From an uncultured Phycisphaerales bacterium (lineage in GTDB: Bacteria > Planctomycetota > Phycisphaerae > Phycisphaerales > SM1A02): a stretch of 42,439 nucleotides of DNA. Within the stretch, counting starts at the first letter, position 1. Each line of letters starts with the position of its first letter. Positions 1 to 9,038 of the stretch are shown here, piece by piece. The notes under the pieces are model-generated. The model was not told the DNA's origin, ran no database searches, and saw only the letters and a program-made list of their open reading frames with translations. The position numbers and the translations under genes were made by a program. The stretch lies in contig CALKEP010000039.1 of the NCBI GenBank assembly GCA_938084645.1, forward strand, positions 1 through 42,439. The letters run 5' to 3'.

Positions 1-676
1 CCTCCTCATCCGAGGGCGGATCCAGGAGATCCGGCCCCTCGTGCCGGACGTCGTTCACGCGATCACCGATCGGGCGGACCGTGAGGAGCTCGCGGGGCGC
101 CGGACGAAGAAGCCGTTCGAGGCGTGCCCTGCCGTCGAGGCCGTCGTCGCGGTCTTCGAGCCATTCGCCCACGCCCGCCTCGTCCAGAACCACCGGCATG
201 CGGTCATGGATTCCCGCGATCGTGACATTCGCGTTGGTCGTGATGATGGCGAATCCCGGGGTCGTCCCGCCCCGCTCGAGGATTCCCGCGAAACACATCA
301 GTGATTCATCGCCTCGTTCGATCGCGAACGGTTCCCGTCGCCGCCCCGATCGACGCCACTCGTAGAAGAGCCGTGCGGGAACGATGCATCGCCCCGACTC
401 CGCCGCCGATCGAAAGGCCGGTTTCTCGAAGACCGTCTCCGCTCGGGCGTTGATCAGCGGCCGTCCGGGATGCCCGACCGGCCGCCAAGGCGGCACGATG
501 CCCCAGCGAGCCAGATCGAGTCGCGGAGATCCCCCCGAGGACGCCACCATGATCGGTGCGGTCGTGGTCGGGGCGATGTTCCATCGAGCCGCGAAACCAC
601 CCGCGGTGACGTCTCGGCAGCCGAGCAGCGTCGCAAGTTCACCACCGCCGAGATCGAGGGCGTATCGTCCACACAT
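1..676 (-). CDS. SOS response-associated peptidase (SRAP/YedK/HMCES family) abasic-site-processing protein; 3' end runs off the window
   Basis: Not in the ORF track because there is no stop inside the window. My translation from ATG at 676 gives MCGRYALD...RWNIAPT...ARWGIVPPW...INARAETVFEKPAFR...RCIVPARLFYEW...FAIITTNAN...IHDRMPVVL...VNDVRHEGP. This contains the SRAP hallmarks: N-terminal Cys2, FYEW and HDRMP. Confidence 0.95.
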   Translation of the reverse strand, partial: MCGRYALDLGGGELATLLGCRDVTAGGFAARWNIAPTTTAPIMVASSGGSPRLDLARWGIVPPWRPVGHPGRPLINARAETVFEKPAFRSAAESGRCIVPARLFYEWRRSGRRREPFAIERGDESLMCFAGILERGGTTPGFAIITTNANVTIAGIHDRMPVVLDEAGVGEWLEDRDDGLDGRARLERLLRPAPRELLTVRPIGDRVNDVRHEGPDLLDPPSDEE

Positions 677-779
677 GCGCGGCTCCGTGCCGGATCTCGA
701 ATCGACCCGGGGTTGGAAAACGAATACCGTGGCCGAATGGGACGGTGATGTCCAGCGTTTCCGCCGATGGAGTCCAACC

Positions 780-2408
780 ATGTCTCGACCTTGCCCGCCA
801 CTCCAACCGACGCCGCTCCTCGCCCGGGCCGTCGCGATCGTCCTCGGGCTCTTCACCCTGGGTGCCGTCGTCGCGGCCCCGCCAGGCGTCCCCAAGGTGG
901 AAACCGCCCCACCAACCGCGGCACCGGAGATGCCGTCCACCGACCCCGCCACGCCGACCACGACCGAACCGGAAGCCGTGGCGATGTTCGACCTGCGTCG
1001 CCTTCCCACCGACGCGGTGCCGTCATCCGGCATCGACCCCGGTGAGATCGCGTTGTTCCTACTTGCCGAGGCCGCTGGACCGAATGGAATCGTCGAACGG
1101 CACCGTGACTGGATCGTCGCCCGAGGGACGCCTGCCGCGATCAACGCCGTACGACGGGCTCACGCGAACCTGGTCGGCGGGGTCGTTCCGCCCGCGCGGA
1201 TGCAGGTGATCCTCCTTGAAATCGACCGGTCCCATTCGGACGCTCGAGACATCCTCGATCTCCTCGGTTCGGGCCAGGTCTCGCCGGCGAGCCTCGCCGG
1301 AATCGAAGCGTCGCCCGCCGTCACCGTGATCGCCCGTCCGAGCTTCGCGGACCCGATCGAGTCGGCGGCCATGCCCCTCCTCGAGAAAGCAGAGGATTCG
1401 AAGTTCGAACTCACCGTGGACGTTCCCAGTCTCGACGGCGAGCCGGGCCGATATCGAATCACGTTCGAGCAGGCCCGGGAACGAACGCTGGGGCGTCGAC
1501 GCGATCGAACCGGCCATCGCTTCGAGGGCGATGCGAAGATCTCGCGCGAGTCGTATTCGGCGATCCTCGCAGCGCCCTTCGCCGAGGCGGAGGTTCGAGA
1601 GCTGGACGGCGGGCGTCGCCGGATCGAACTCGCGGCGCCGACCACGCTCGGTGATTCGATCGCCATCCTTCTTCGACTCGAACCGATGCCCATCGAAGAT
1701 GCCGAGACCCGGGGCCCGGTCTACCGATCGATGCAGGCCACCCGTGACGGCATCGGCGTCGCCTACTTCGATCGCGAGATCGCCCAGGTCATGGGCCATT
1801 TCGCGGCCGGCTGGCTCGAACGACCCGAACGGGAGCGCGAAGAACGCACGGACCTCCTCGTCGACATGCTCGGCCTTCGTCCGGGCATGGCGGTGGCCGA
1901 CATCGGCGCCGGTTCCGGATACTTCACGCGGCGAATGTCCCCGAAGGTCGGCCAGACCGGACGGATCTATGCGACCGACATCCAGCCCGAGATGCTTCGA
2001 ATCCTCGGAGAGGGACTTCAACGGGAGGGTATCGAGAACGTCGAGCCGATTCTTGGCCGGATCGACGACACCGGCCTCGCCTCGGAGTCCGTCGACCTGA
2101 TCCTTCTGGTCGACGTCTATCACGAGTTCGACCATCCCTGGGAGATGGCCCGCTCGATGCATCGCGCCTTGCGTCCGGGTGGACGGGTGGCCCTCGTCGA
2201 GTATCGCGCCGGCGACCCGAACGTCCCGATCAAGCCGCTTCACACGATGACGGAGGCGCAGGCGAGGTTGGAGTACGAAGCCGCCGGATTCCGCCTCGTC
2301 GACAGCCGGATCGACGGACTGCCATGGCAGCGTCTGATGCTGTTCGAGAAGAGGCCCGACGGCCAGCCGACGAACCCCGGAACCGGCGTCGCGCCCGAAG
2401 CCCGCTGA
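780..2408 (+). CDS. Exported class I SAM-dependent methyltransferase with a large N-terminal extension (signal peptide plus secretin-like domain)
   Basis: C-terminal part has REIAQVMGH..AGWLERPERE.EE, motif I VADIGAGSGYF, YATDIQ, VDLILLVDVYHEF and ALRPGGRVALVEYR. A hydrophobic signal-like segment follows the ATG at 780. The ORF-track start at 384 overlaps the SRAP gene and is rejected. Confidence 0.85.
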   Translation: MSRPCPPLQPTPLLARAVAIVLGLFTLGAVVAAPPGVPKVETAPPTAAPEMPSTDPATPTTTEPEAVAMFDLRRLPTDAVPSSGIDPGEIALFLLAEAAGPNGIVERHRDWIVARGTPAAINAVRRAHANLVGGVVPPARMQVILLEIDRSHSDARDILDLLGSGQVSPASLAGIEASPAVTVIARPSFADPIESAAMPLLEKAEDSKFELTVDVPSLDGEPGRYRITFEQARERTLGRRRDRTGHRFEGDAKISRESYSAILAAPFAEAEVRELDGGRRRIELAAPTTLGDSIAILLRLEPMPIEDAETRGPVYRSMQATRDGIGVAYFDREIAQVMGHFAAGWLERPEREREERTDLLVDMLGLRPGMAVADIGAGSGYFTRRMSPKVGQTGRIYATDIQPEMLRILGEGLQREGIENVEPILGRIDDTGLASESVDLILLVDVYHEFDHPWEMARSMHRALRPGGRVALVEYRAGDPNVPIKPLHTMTEAQARLEYEAAGFRLVDSRIDGLPWQRLMLFEKRPDGQPTNPGTGVAPEAR

Positions 2409-2428
2409 TCAGCGAGCACCACGGGGCC

Positions 2429-4642
2429 TCACGCGGAGATCAGCTCGTCGATCGCGGTCAGGAGTTCGTCGAGCCCGAACGGTTTTCGAAGCAGTCGCAT
2501 CGCCTGCCAGTCCGGAGCTTCGAACTCGTTGTTGCCGGTGATGAAGACGACCGGCACGTCGAAACCCCGGGCCGCTCGAATCTTCGCCGCGATGACGTCG
2601 CCGGTCTCGCCGGGAAGATTCACGTCCAGGACCATCACCGCCGGCGTCCAGGATTCCGAGATCTCCAATGCCGTCGAGGCGTCGGCCGCGTCGCGGACCT
2701 CGAACCCACCCACCGTCATCGCTTCGACGAGCATCGGGCGAAGCAGCGGATGATCCTCGGCGAGCAGGACACGACTTCGGGAACGTCCGGAAGCACCGGA
2801 CTTCACATCGGATTCGGTCGCGTCCGTCGTCTCGGACGCCGGAAACAACAGCGACACCGTGGTCCCCGCGCCGGGACTCGATTCGATCTCGAGGACGCCC
2901 TTGCAGCCGTCCACGAAGTTCTTCACCATCGCGAGCCCCAGGCCGTTGCCCGCTCGACCCTTGGTCGTGTAGAAGGGCTCGAGCGCCCGGTCTCGGACCT
3001 CGGCGTCCATTCCCGCCCCGTCGTCCCGGACCGAAATCCCGACCCGAGCCGGCGCTGCCGCCGTGGCGGGATGATGGTCGACCGAAACCTCGATTCGTCC
3101 GGAACCCGAAATCGCGTCGCGGGCGTTCACGACCAGGTTCAGAACCGCCTGTTGAAACTGGTTCCCATCGGCGAGAATGCGGTGATTCCCGGGAACGAAC
3201 TGTTCTTCGATCGACACGCTCGACGGCACCGCGGGCCGGACCAGCGCAAGCGTCTCGCGACAGATCTTCGAGACATCGATGATGGACCGCCGGATCCGAG
3301 TGGGACTGCCCAGCATCATCATGTTCTGGGTGAGGGATCGGCCCCGGGTCACCGCGGCCTGAATGACCTCGAGTGACTCCCCCACCTTCACGGGAATCTC
3401 GGTTTCGAGGCTTGCGAGGGATGCGTGACCCCGAATGGCCGCGAGCACGTTGTTGAGATCGTGGGCGAATCCACCGGCGATGGCACCGAGGGCTTCGGTC
3501 TTCTGGGTCGCGAGGAGTGTCTCCTCCATCGCCCGCCGTCGCGAGATGTCCGAGATCACGCCGACGACGCGGCGCGCCGCCCCGCGGTCATCGGACTCGA
3601 AGGCTCGCCCGTGCTCGCTCACCCAGAGCTCGCCGCCGTCTTCGGTCCGCAATCGATACTCGACGGTGAACTCCGACACCCGACCTGAACAGATCGCGGC
3701 CCATCGATCGCGAATGCCCTGTCGGTCCTCCGGATGAAGGGCGGACCGTTCCGGTGGCGTTCGATTCGCATCCGGACCGAGGATCGCCGTCGTGCGCGCG
3801 GAAACCGTCGAAGACTCGAGGTCGCCATCCGCGGCGAGGGTGTAGTCCCAGGCTCCGGCATCGATCGCGTCGAGTGCGAGGGAAAGTCGCTCCTCGCCCT
3901 CCCGAGTCGCACGCTCGCTCGCCTTTCGGGCCGAGATGTCCCGGATGAAACCGCTGAAGGAGAGACCGGCGTCGGTCGGAATCGGATTGATCGAAAGCTC
4001 GACGGGAAACCGGCGGCCGTTCCGGTCCTGCGCCTCGATTTCGATTCGGGTGCCGAGGACCGGCCCCTCCCCCGTCTCGATGAAACGGGCCATGCCGCGT
4101 TCGTGGGCCTCGACGAACTCCGCGGGAATGATCGTGTCGGTCAGCCGCTTTCCGACCGCCTCCGCTTGAGACCAGCCGAACAGCTGTTCCGCGCCGGTGT
4201 TCCAGACGACGATCCGACTCTCCGGGTCACAGGTGATGACCGCATCGAGCGCGGTATCCACCAGAAGACGCAGCTGCTGGTCGCGCGCATCGATGGTGTT
4301 GATCGCCGCGCGTTCCGCCGTGACGTCGATGGCGATGCCGCTGGCGCCGACCACCCGACCATCATCGTCGTGACGCGGGCCGATGCTGATCCGGTAGACG
4401 TTGGAACCGACTCGTCGCTCGAACGCGGTCGACACGCCTCCGAGCGCGCCATCGGTCGCTCCCTTCAGGTGGCCGTCGGACTCGAGAACCTCGACGAGCC
4501 CTCCCTCCCCGGGCGCACCGCCACCAACGCCTCCCCCCGAGGCCGGTCCGAGGAGACGCCCTTCGAGATCGGTCTGCCAGAGCACGAGTGGAAGACGCGC
4601 AATGGCGTGTCGCGAGACTTCGAGTCGGTCGTTCTGGTCCAT
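2429..4642 (-). CDS. PAS-domain hybrid sensor histidine kinase / response regulator
   Basis: Several PAS/PAC repeats (WNTGAEQLFGW, RFPVELSI, LHPEDR, DISRRR). H-box AHDLNN, N-box NLVVNARDA, G1 DDGAGM, FYTTK and G2 GLGL. C-terminal receiver domain (AEDH, LDVNLP, KPF). Confidence 0.95.
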   Translation of the reverse strand: MDQNDRLEVSRHAIARLPLVLWQTDLEGRLLGPASGGGVGGGAPGEGGLVEVLESDGHLKGATDGALGGVSTAFERRVGSNVYRISIGPRHDDDGRVVGASGIAIDVTAERAAINTIDARDQQLRLLVDTALDAVITCDPESRIVVWNTGAEQLFGWSQAEAVGKRLTDTIIPAEFVEAHERGMARFIETGEGPVLGTRIEIEAQDRNGRRFPVELSINPIPTDAGLSFSGFIRDISARKASERATREGEERLSLALDAIDAGAWDYTLAADGDLESSTVSARTTAILGPDANRTPPERSALHPEDRQGIRDRWAAICSGRVSEFTVEYRLRTEDGGELWVSEHGRAFESDDRGAARRVVGVISDISRRRAMEETLLATQKTEALGAIAGGFAHDLNNVLAAIRGHASLASLETEIPVKVGESLEVIQAAVTRGRSLTQNMMMLGSPTRIRRSIIDVSKICRETLALVRPAVPSSVSIEEQFVPGNHRILADGNQFQQAVLNLVVNARDAISGSGRIEVSVDHHPATAAAPARVGISVRDDGAGMDAEVRDRALEPFYTTKGRAGNGLGLAMVKNFVDGCKGVLEIESSPGAGTTVSLLFPASETTDATESDVKSGASGRSRSRVLLAEDHPLLRPMLVEAMTVGGFEVRDAADASTALEISESWTPAVMVLDVNLPGETGDVIAAKIRAARGFDVPVVFITGNNEFEAPDWQAMRLLRKPFGLDELLTAIDELISA

Positions 4643-4686
4643 CGACGTCCCCTTCGCGAGCCGGTCAACGAGGTTGAGGCGCGGAC

Positions 4687-4791
4687 TCAGTGCTCGTCAC
4701 GAACCTTGGGTTCGCTGAAGATCAGATAGATGCCACCGAGGGCGACCGCGAGGGTCGAAATCACCACGAACATTCCCAGAACGTATCCCAT
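4687..4791 (-). CDS. Small single-pass membrane protein, 34 aa (MGYVLGMFVVISTLAVALGGIYLIFSEPKVRDEH)
   Basis: ATG at 4791 is preceded by AAGGAG at normal spacing. One clean hydrophobic helix with a charged tail. It fills the gap between the tRNA and the kinase on the same strand. Confidence 0.6.
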   Translation of the reverse strand: MGYVLGMFVVISTLAVALGGIYLIFSEPKVRDEH

Positions 4792-4861
4792 GCCAAGACT
4801 CCTTCGGCCCGAAGGCCGCGATCCGAGGGGGCCGATCTCCGTCCGCGCTGGAGATCGCCAA

Positions 4862-4945
4862 TACCGAAGGTGGGACTCGAACCCACACTCCCTTGCGGGA
4901 AACGGATTTTGAATCCGTCGCGTCTGCCAATTCCGCCACTCCGGC
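4862..4945 (-). tRNA. tRNA-Leu (anticodon CAA)
   Basis: GCCGGAG-TGGCGGAATTGGCAGACGCG-ACGGA-TTCAAAA-TCCGT, long variable arm (TCCCGCAAGGGA), GTGGG-TTCGAGT-CCCAC-CTTCGGT-A. Acceptor, anticodon and T stems pair. CCA is not encoded. Confidence 0.97.
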
Positions 4946-4954
4946 GAGGCGTTC

Positions 4955-4960
4955 ATTGTA
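4955..4960 (-). promoter_or_regulatory. Putative sigma-70 -10 element (TACAAT) for tRNA-Leu
   Basis: Near-consensus hexamer 9 nt upstream of the mature tRNA 5' end, in otherwise GC-rich DNA. Confidence 0.55.
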
Positions 4961-5027
4961 TCGGTCCTCGACGCCGCAGGCTCCGGAAGATCCCGAGCCG
5001 CGTCGTGCCGACCCCGACGCCCTCCGA

Positions 5028-6332
5028 TCACTCCCCCGCGACCCGCTCCTCGGATTCCGGCATGCGAGCGGCGAGGACCCCTCGCCCGCCGCCCCAGCGA
5101 ATCCAACTCGAGAGTCCGATCATCAGCATCCCCACGAGCACCAGGGAATGGAACGGCGAGAGCCCGGCCTTCGCCACCAACGCCCAGTACACCGCCGACG
5201 CCAGCGACATCAGGAGGAAGGAGATCGCGTTCGCCGTCGCCAGCACCCGGGCCCGTTCACCCGGAGCGGCGCACAGCTGCTGAATCGCCTGGAGCGGGAT
5301 CAGAAAGAACCCGGCCGCGACGCCTGCGGCGAGCAGCGCCGCCGCGAGCACGGGGAGGCCGAGCATCGCGACGGGCATGAAGCCGAGAACGAGGAAGATC
5401 CCTCCGAACGCGAATCCGCCTCGCAACACGAACTCGCTCCGGATCCTCGAACCCGAGCGGCGTCCCGCGGCGAGGCAGCCGATTCCGATGCCGATTCCCA
5501 TGCTCGCGAGCAGGAGGCTGCTTTCCGACATCGTGAGACCCAGGGGCGTCGCATACTCGGGGATCACGGCGATGACCACGATCGCCCCCGCGTAGAACCA
5601 GGCCCAGGCGAGCGTCGCCGACCAGATCAGGCCGGGACGCATCGAGCCGATCGCATCGAAATACGGCGCGAACGGATTGAAGCGTCGCTTCAGATCCGGC
5701 TGCTGGGGCGTCAGCCCCCGAATCATCAGGCTGGAGCCCAGGCCGACCAACGCGAAGACCAGAAGGACGACTCCGACCGCGTGCTCGGACCACGCCAGCA
5801 ACGGCCCGCCGATTCCGATCCCGAACAGGATCGCGATGTTCGTGCTCAGATTGACGATGCCGTTGGCCTCGTTCAACCGGGCATCGCCGACGATCTCCCG
5901 GATCGAGCCGTACTTCGACGGGCTGAAGAACGCGGACTCGGAGGCGAGCATCGTGTACGCGACGAGGACGGTCCACGGACTGTCGATCCAGAAACCGTAC
6001 AACGCGAGCCCCGCGATCGGAACCTCGGCCAATCGGGTGGCCGTGATGATCCGGCTCTTCGAGCATCGATCCGCGAGTTGCCCCGCGAAGCCCAGGAGCA
6101 GCACGAACGGAACCGTGAGCAGGAGGCTCACGATGCCCGTCCCGCCTTCACCAAGCGTGTCGAACCACTTCTGCCCCTTCGCGAACTGCAGCAGAAGAAC
6201 CGTCTTCAGGATGTTGTCGTTGGTGGCGCCGGCGAACTGCGTGAGCACCAGCCCGATGAAGTTCCGATTCCACAGGCCGTTTCGTGCGGCCGACGCGACG
6301 CCTTCGGATTGTTCGAGCTCTGGCCGCGACAT
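5028..6332 (-). CDS. MFS transporter (LplT/Aas-type lysophospholipid transporter-like)
   Basis: TQFAGATNDNILK, GQLADRCSKSRII, SAFFSPSKYGSI and ANGIV motifs; about 12 hydrophobic segments. Confidence 0.88.
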   Translation of the reverse strand: MSRPELEQSEGVASAARNGLWNRNFIGLVLTQFAGATNDNILKTVLLLQFAKGQKWFDTLGEGGTGIVSLLLTVPFVLLLGFAGQLADRCSKSRIITATRLAEVPIAGLALYGFWIDSPWTVLVAYTMLASESAFFSPSKYGSIREIVGDARLNEANGIVNLSTNIAILFGIGIGGPLLAWSEHAVGVVLLVFALVGLGSSLMIRGLTPQQPDLKRRFNPFAPYFDAIGSMRPGLIWSATLAWAWFYAGAIVVIAVIPEYATPLGLTMSESSLLLASMGIGIGIGCLAAGRRSGSRIRSEFVLRGGFAFGGIFLVLGFMPVAMLGLPVLAAALLAAGVAAGFFLIPLQAIQQLCAAPGERARVLATANAISFLLMSLASAVYWALVAKAGLSPFHSLVLVGMLMIGLSSWIRWGGGRGVLAARMPESEERVAGE

Positions 6333-6377
6333 CGAGGAAAGGCTACCACTCCGGCGGAAGAATCGTCGGACTCGACT

Positions 6378-7337
6378 TCAGCGACCGGGGAATTCTTCAC
6401 CCGATGTTCGAAGAACGAGATGAGCATGATCGAACGATGGCGAGGTGTTCGAGAACTCGACGAGAAGAACCGGTGAATCGATCCGCCAGTAGTGCGGCCC
6501 CGAGCGGGTCCCCGCCCCCGCCCATCCGAAATCGATCCTCGCCGGATCCTGCGATCGCCATCGCTCGCGAAGATGACCGGTCGCGTCCTCCGGCCAGAAG
6601 TCGAGCAATCCGAACACGATGGCCTCCAGGGCGGCTCGCTGCGCCTCGGCGAGCCGATCGCCACGGAGCCCTCTTCCCTCCAGCGGCCGTGCGTCCGGCG
6701 CCGTCCCACTTCGGATGTCGCCCGGCGCGGGGCCGATCCCGTTGGCGGTGGCCGCCTGAATCGGATCGAGCGACGCGAGGAACGTCGCCGCCGCCTGATC
6801 CTCGACCGCCAGCGGCTCACCGAACTTCGGATGCCGCGCGGGCGAAGCACCGATGAAGAACGGCGTCACCGCAACGATCCGGTCATCGACCACCGCGGTG
6901 TTGAGCACGAGATGATGTCCCTCCAGTCGCCACGCCCAGGCCGACCCGTCGGCCGTCGGATCACCGTGGATCCGGATCCAATACTCACCGGGACCGGTTC
7001 GAACCCCGCCACCGCGATCTTCGACCGGCTCGACCCGCAGGATCTCCCGGACGCGGTCGCGTCCCTTCGGACTCAGGGCATGGTCGAGAAAGCGATCGAA
7101 CGCCGCTCGCGCGGCGTCGTCGAGATCGCCGAGCCGAAGCCCCGTCCGGGGACCCGCCAGATAGGTCCATCGACCTCGATCCGGCGCATTGATCGGTGCG
7201 ACTGCGACTTCACGCTGTGACTTGGGCAGGGTCTCGATGAAGGCGACCATCGCCCCGCGCATCGTCTTTTCCGGCGGCTCCGCCATCGCGGACCCCGGCC
7301 GGGACAGCAGCATCGCGATGAAGACCACGAAGAACAT
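6378..7337 (-). CDS. DUF3500 domain-containing exported protein
   Basis: RWTY..PRTGLRLGDL, LS.KG, W.WRLEGHHLVLN, TPFFIGASP, F.WAG, HYWRI.SP.LLVEF.N and H.H.V.R motifs; signal-like N-terminus. An alternative start is at 7406. Confidence 0.85.
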   Translation of the reverse strand: MFFVVFIAMLLSRPGSAMAEPPEKTMRGAMVAFIETLPKSQREVAVAPINAPDRGRWTYLAGPRTGLRLGDLDDAARAAFDRFLDHALSPKGRDRVREILRVEPVEDRGGGVRTGPGEYWIRIHGDPTADGSAWAWRLEGHHLVLNTAVVDDRIVAVTPFFIGASPARHPKFGEPLAVEDQAAATFLASLDPIQAATANGIGPAPGDIRSGTAPDARPLEGRGLRGDRLAEAQRAALEAIVFGLLDFWPEDATGHLRERWRSQDPARIDFGWAGAGTRSGPHYWRIDSPVLLVEFSNTSPSFDHAHLVLRTSGEEFPGR

Positions 7338-7514
7338 CGAGGTCGCCGAGCCAACCCCTGTGACTTCGCGGCGGTCGGTTCGGATCCTGAGGTCGTCGAT
7401 CGGCATGCGCTGCTCCGAATCAAGGGGTGGGTTCAAGCCTAACGAACCGGGGCCCGTTCTGGAGCACGCCCCGCGGGACTGGCATCCGCGGACGGAACCG
7501 ACGACGATGCCGGG

Positions 7515-8210
7515 ATGGAACCGATTTCGAGCATCGATGCGATCCGGGCCGCCTGGCGCCCCTTGAACGAGGCGCATCGTGATGGCCGTCGATTTTCCGA
7601 CGGGGTCCACCTCCGACTCTATCGATGCCTCTCGTGGGCGGACCGGGCCACGGCCGCGGAAGCCTCCGAGGATCCGGATCTGGCGTTCGTGCTCCGAATG
7701 ATCGCGTTCAACGCACTGTGGGGACAGGTCCACGTCGACGGCGGTCGGAACCTGCCCCAGAGCGAAGCCTGGCGTCACTTCCTCGTCGATCTGGCAGCGC
7801 ACGATGAAACCCGTCGCAACCGGATGCTCCCGGCACTCCGCCGGGATCGAGATCTCCTGATGGAGATCTACGGCAGTCCGTTCTTCCATCGCGACTGGTG
7901 GGTGGAGCCCGGCGCCGAACAGCTCGGCTCGCAGACCAAGATCGCGGGACGGATCGACGAGTGGCTCGAACTCGGCCGGATCGAGCATCTCTATCGGGAA
8001 CTCGTGAACCGGCTGCTCCTGCTTCGAGGCCAGTTGATCCACGGGAACGCCACGCACGGTGGCAAGACCAACCGCTCCACGGTGGAACCGGCGGCGATCC
8101 TTCTCGATCGACTGCTGCGCACGACGCTCGAAGTGCTGGTGCTGGATGGCGGACTCGACGCCGACCTTCGCTGGACGCCGGTGCCGTACCCACCGACCGA
8201 TGACGCCTGA
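7515..8210 (+). CDS. HEPN domain-containing protein
   Basis: LRLYRCLSW, DLAFV...IAFNALWG and a C-terminal R-x4-H motif (LLRGQLIHGNAT...NR) in an all-helical 231-aa protein. Confidence 0.75.
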   Translation: MEPISSIDAIRAAWRPLNEAHRDGRRFSDGVHLRLYRCLSWADRATAAEASEDPDLAFVLRMIAFNALWGQVHVDGGRNLPQSEAWRHFLVDLAAHDETRRNRMLPALRRDRDLLMEIYGSPFFHRDWWVEPGAEQLGSQTKIAGRIDEWLELGRIEHLYRELVNRLLLLRGQLIHGNATHGGKTNRSTVEPAAILLDRLLRTTLEVLVLDGGLDADLRWTPVPYPPTDDA

Positions 8211-8225
8211 AGGTGACGCAGCGCC

Positions 8226-8996
8226 TCAGCGGTCCGTGAGCAGGCCCATCTCGATCATCTGCGCCTCGGCCACCGGAGCCCATCCCCGGTTCGCCGCGGG
8301 ACTCGCGGGCGAGGGGTGCAGGATCGTCCCCACCCGCATCCCGGCCTCGACTCGGTCCGCGAGGGTGGCCTCGAGCCGACGCGTCGCATGTCCACCGACG
8401 CCGACCACCATCTCCGGCTGGAGCAGATCCACCATCGCCCGCAGTCCGCGGCCGCAGGCGGCCTCGAGCGGCCGGCGTTCGTCGATCGGCAGTTTGTCCG
8501 GCGTGCGATTGCGTCCGCCCGCCTCCATGAACGACAAGGGACAGTCGTTCCACACGAAGAAGTCGTCGAAGAAGGCGTCCGCGTCGGTGAACCGCTCGGC
8601 GACCCAGCCCCACAGGCGCGCTCCGCTCACTTCCCGCCGGGTGCAGGCGAAACCGGTGATCGGACGCTTCGGATGCTCGATCTTCGGGGTGTCGACCTCC
8701 GCCTCGATCCCCAGGAAGGTCCGCACCATCTCGACTTCGCCGAACGGCACGCCGGTCTGGGCCATGCCCCATGGCCCGGGGTTCATACCGAGCAGCAATG
8801 CCCTGATCCCGCGCCGGGCGTATCTTCGGACGTACGCCCGGTGCGGTGCCCACGCGTACTCGAGCGGGTTGTAGACCACGTCGACCGGATCACCGAAGGC
8901 AAGCTCGCCGACCTCCTCGGCGAGTCGGGCCGAAATCGCCTCCGCGGAGTCCGCGACGCTGGGCCTGGAACGGGTCTTCTTGGAGACACGGGGCAT
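8226..8996 (-). CDS. SMUG1-type (family 3) uracil-DNA glycosylase
   Basis: VYNPLEYA, GMNPGPWGMAQTGVPFG, HPKRPI.GF.C.R.EVSG.RLW, CPL.F, GRN.TP and HPSPASP motifs. Confidence 0.95.
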   Translation of the reverse strand: MPRVSKKTRSRPSVADSAEAISARLAEEVGELAFGDPVDVVYNPLEYAWAPHRAYVRRYARRGIRALLLGMNPGPWGMAQTGVPFGEVEMVRTFLGIEAEVDTPKIEHPKRPITGFACTRREVSGARLWGWVAERFTDADAFFDDFFVWNDCPLSFMEAGGRNRTPDKLPIDERRPLEAACGRGLRAMVDLLQPEMVVGVGGHATRRLEATLADRVEAGMRVGTILHPSPASPAANRGWAPVAEAQMIEMGLLTDR

Positions 8997-9038
8997 CCGG
9001 TCATGGTCGACGACCCGGCCCCTCCACGCAAGCAACGA

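Noticed and set aside
4862..4945. tRNA-Leu as an integration site for an island
   Set aside because: No integrase and no co-oriented duplicate of the tRNA 3' end found. A short look-alike at about 7421-7440 is on the opposite strand and pairs poorly.
1..8996. Functional clustering of SRAP and SMUG1 as an abasic-site module
   Set aside because: They are about 7.5 kb apart with unrelated genes and a tRNA between them; probably coincidental.
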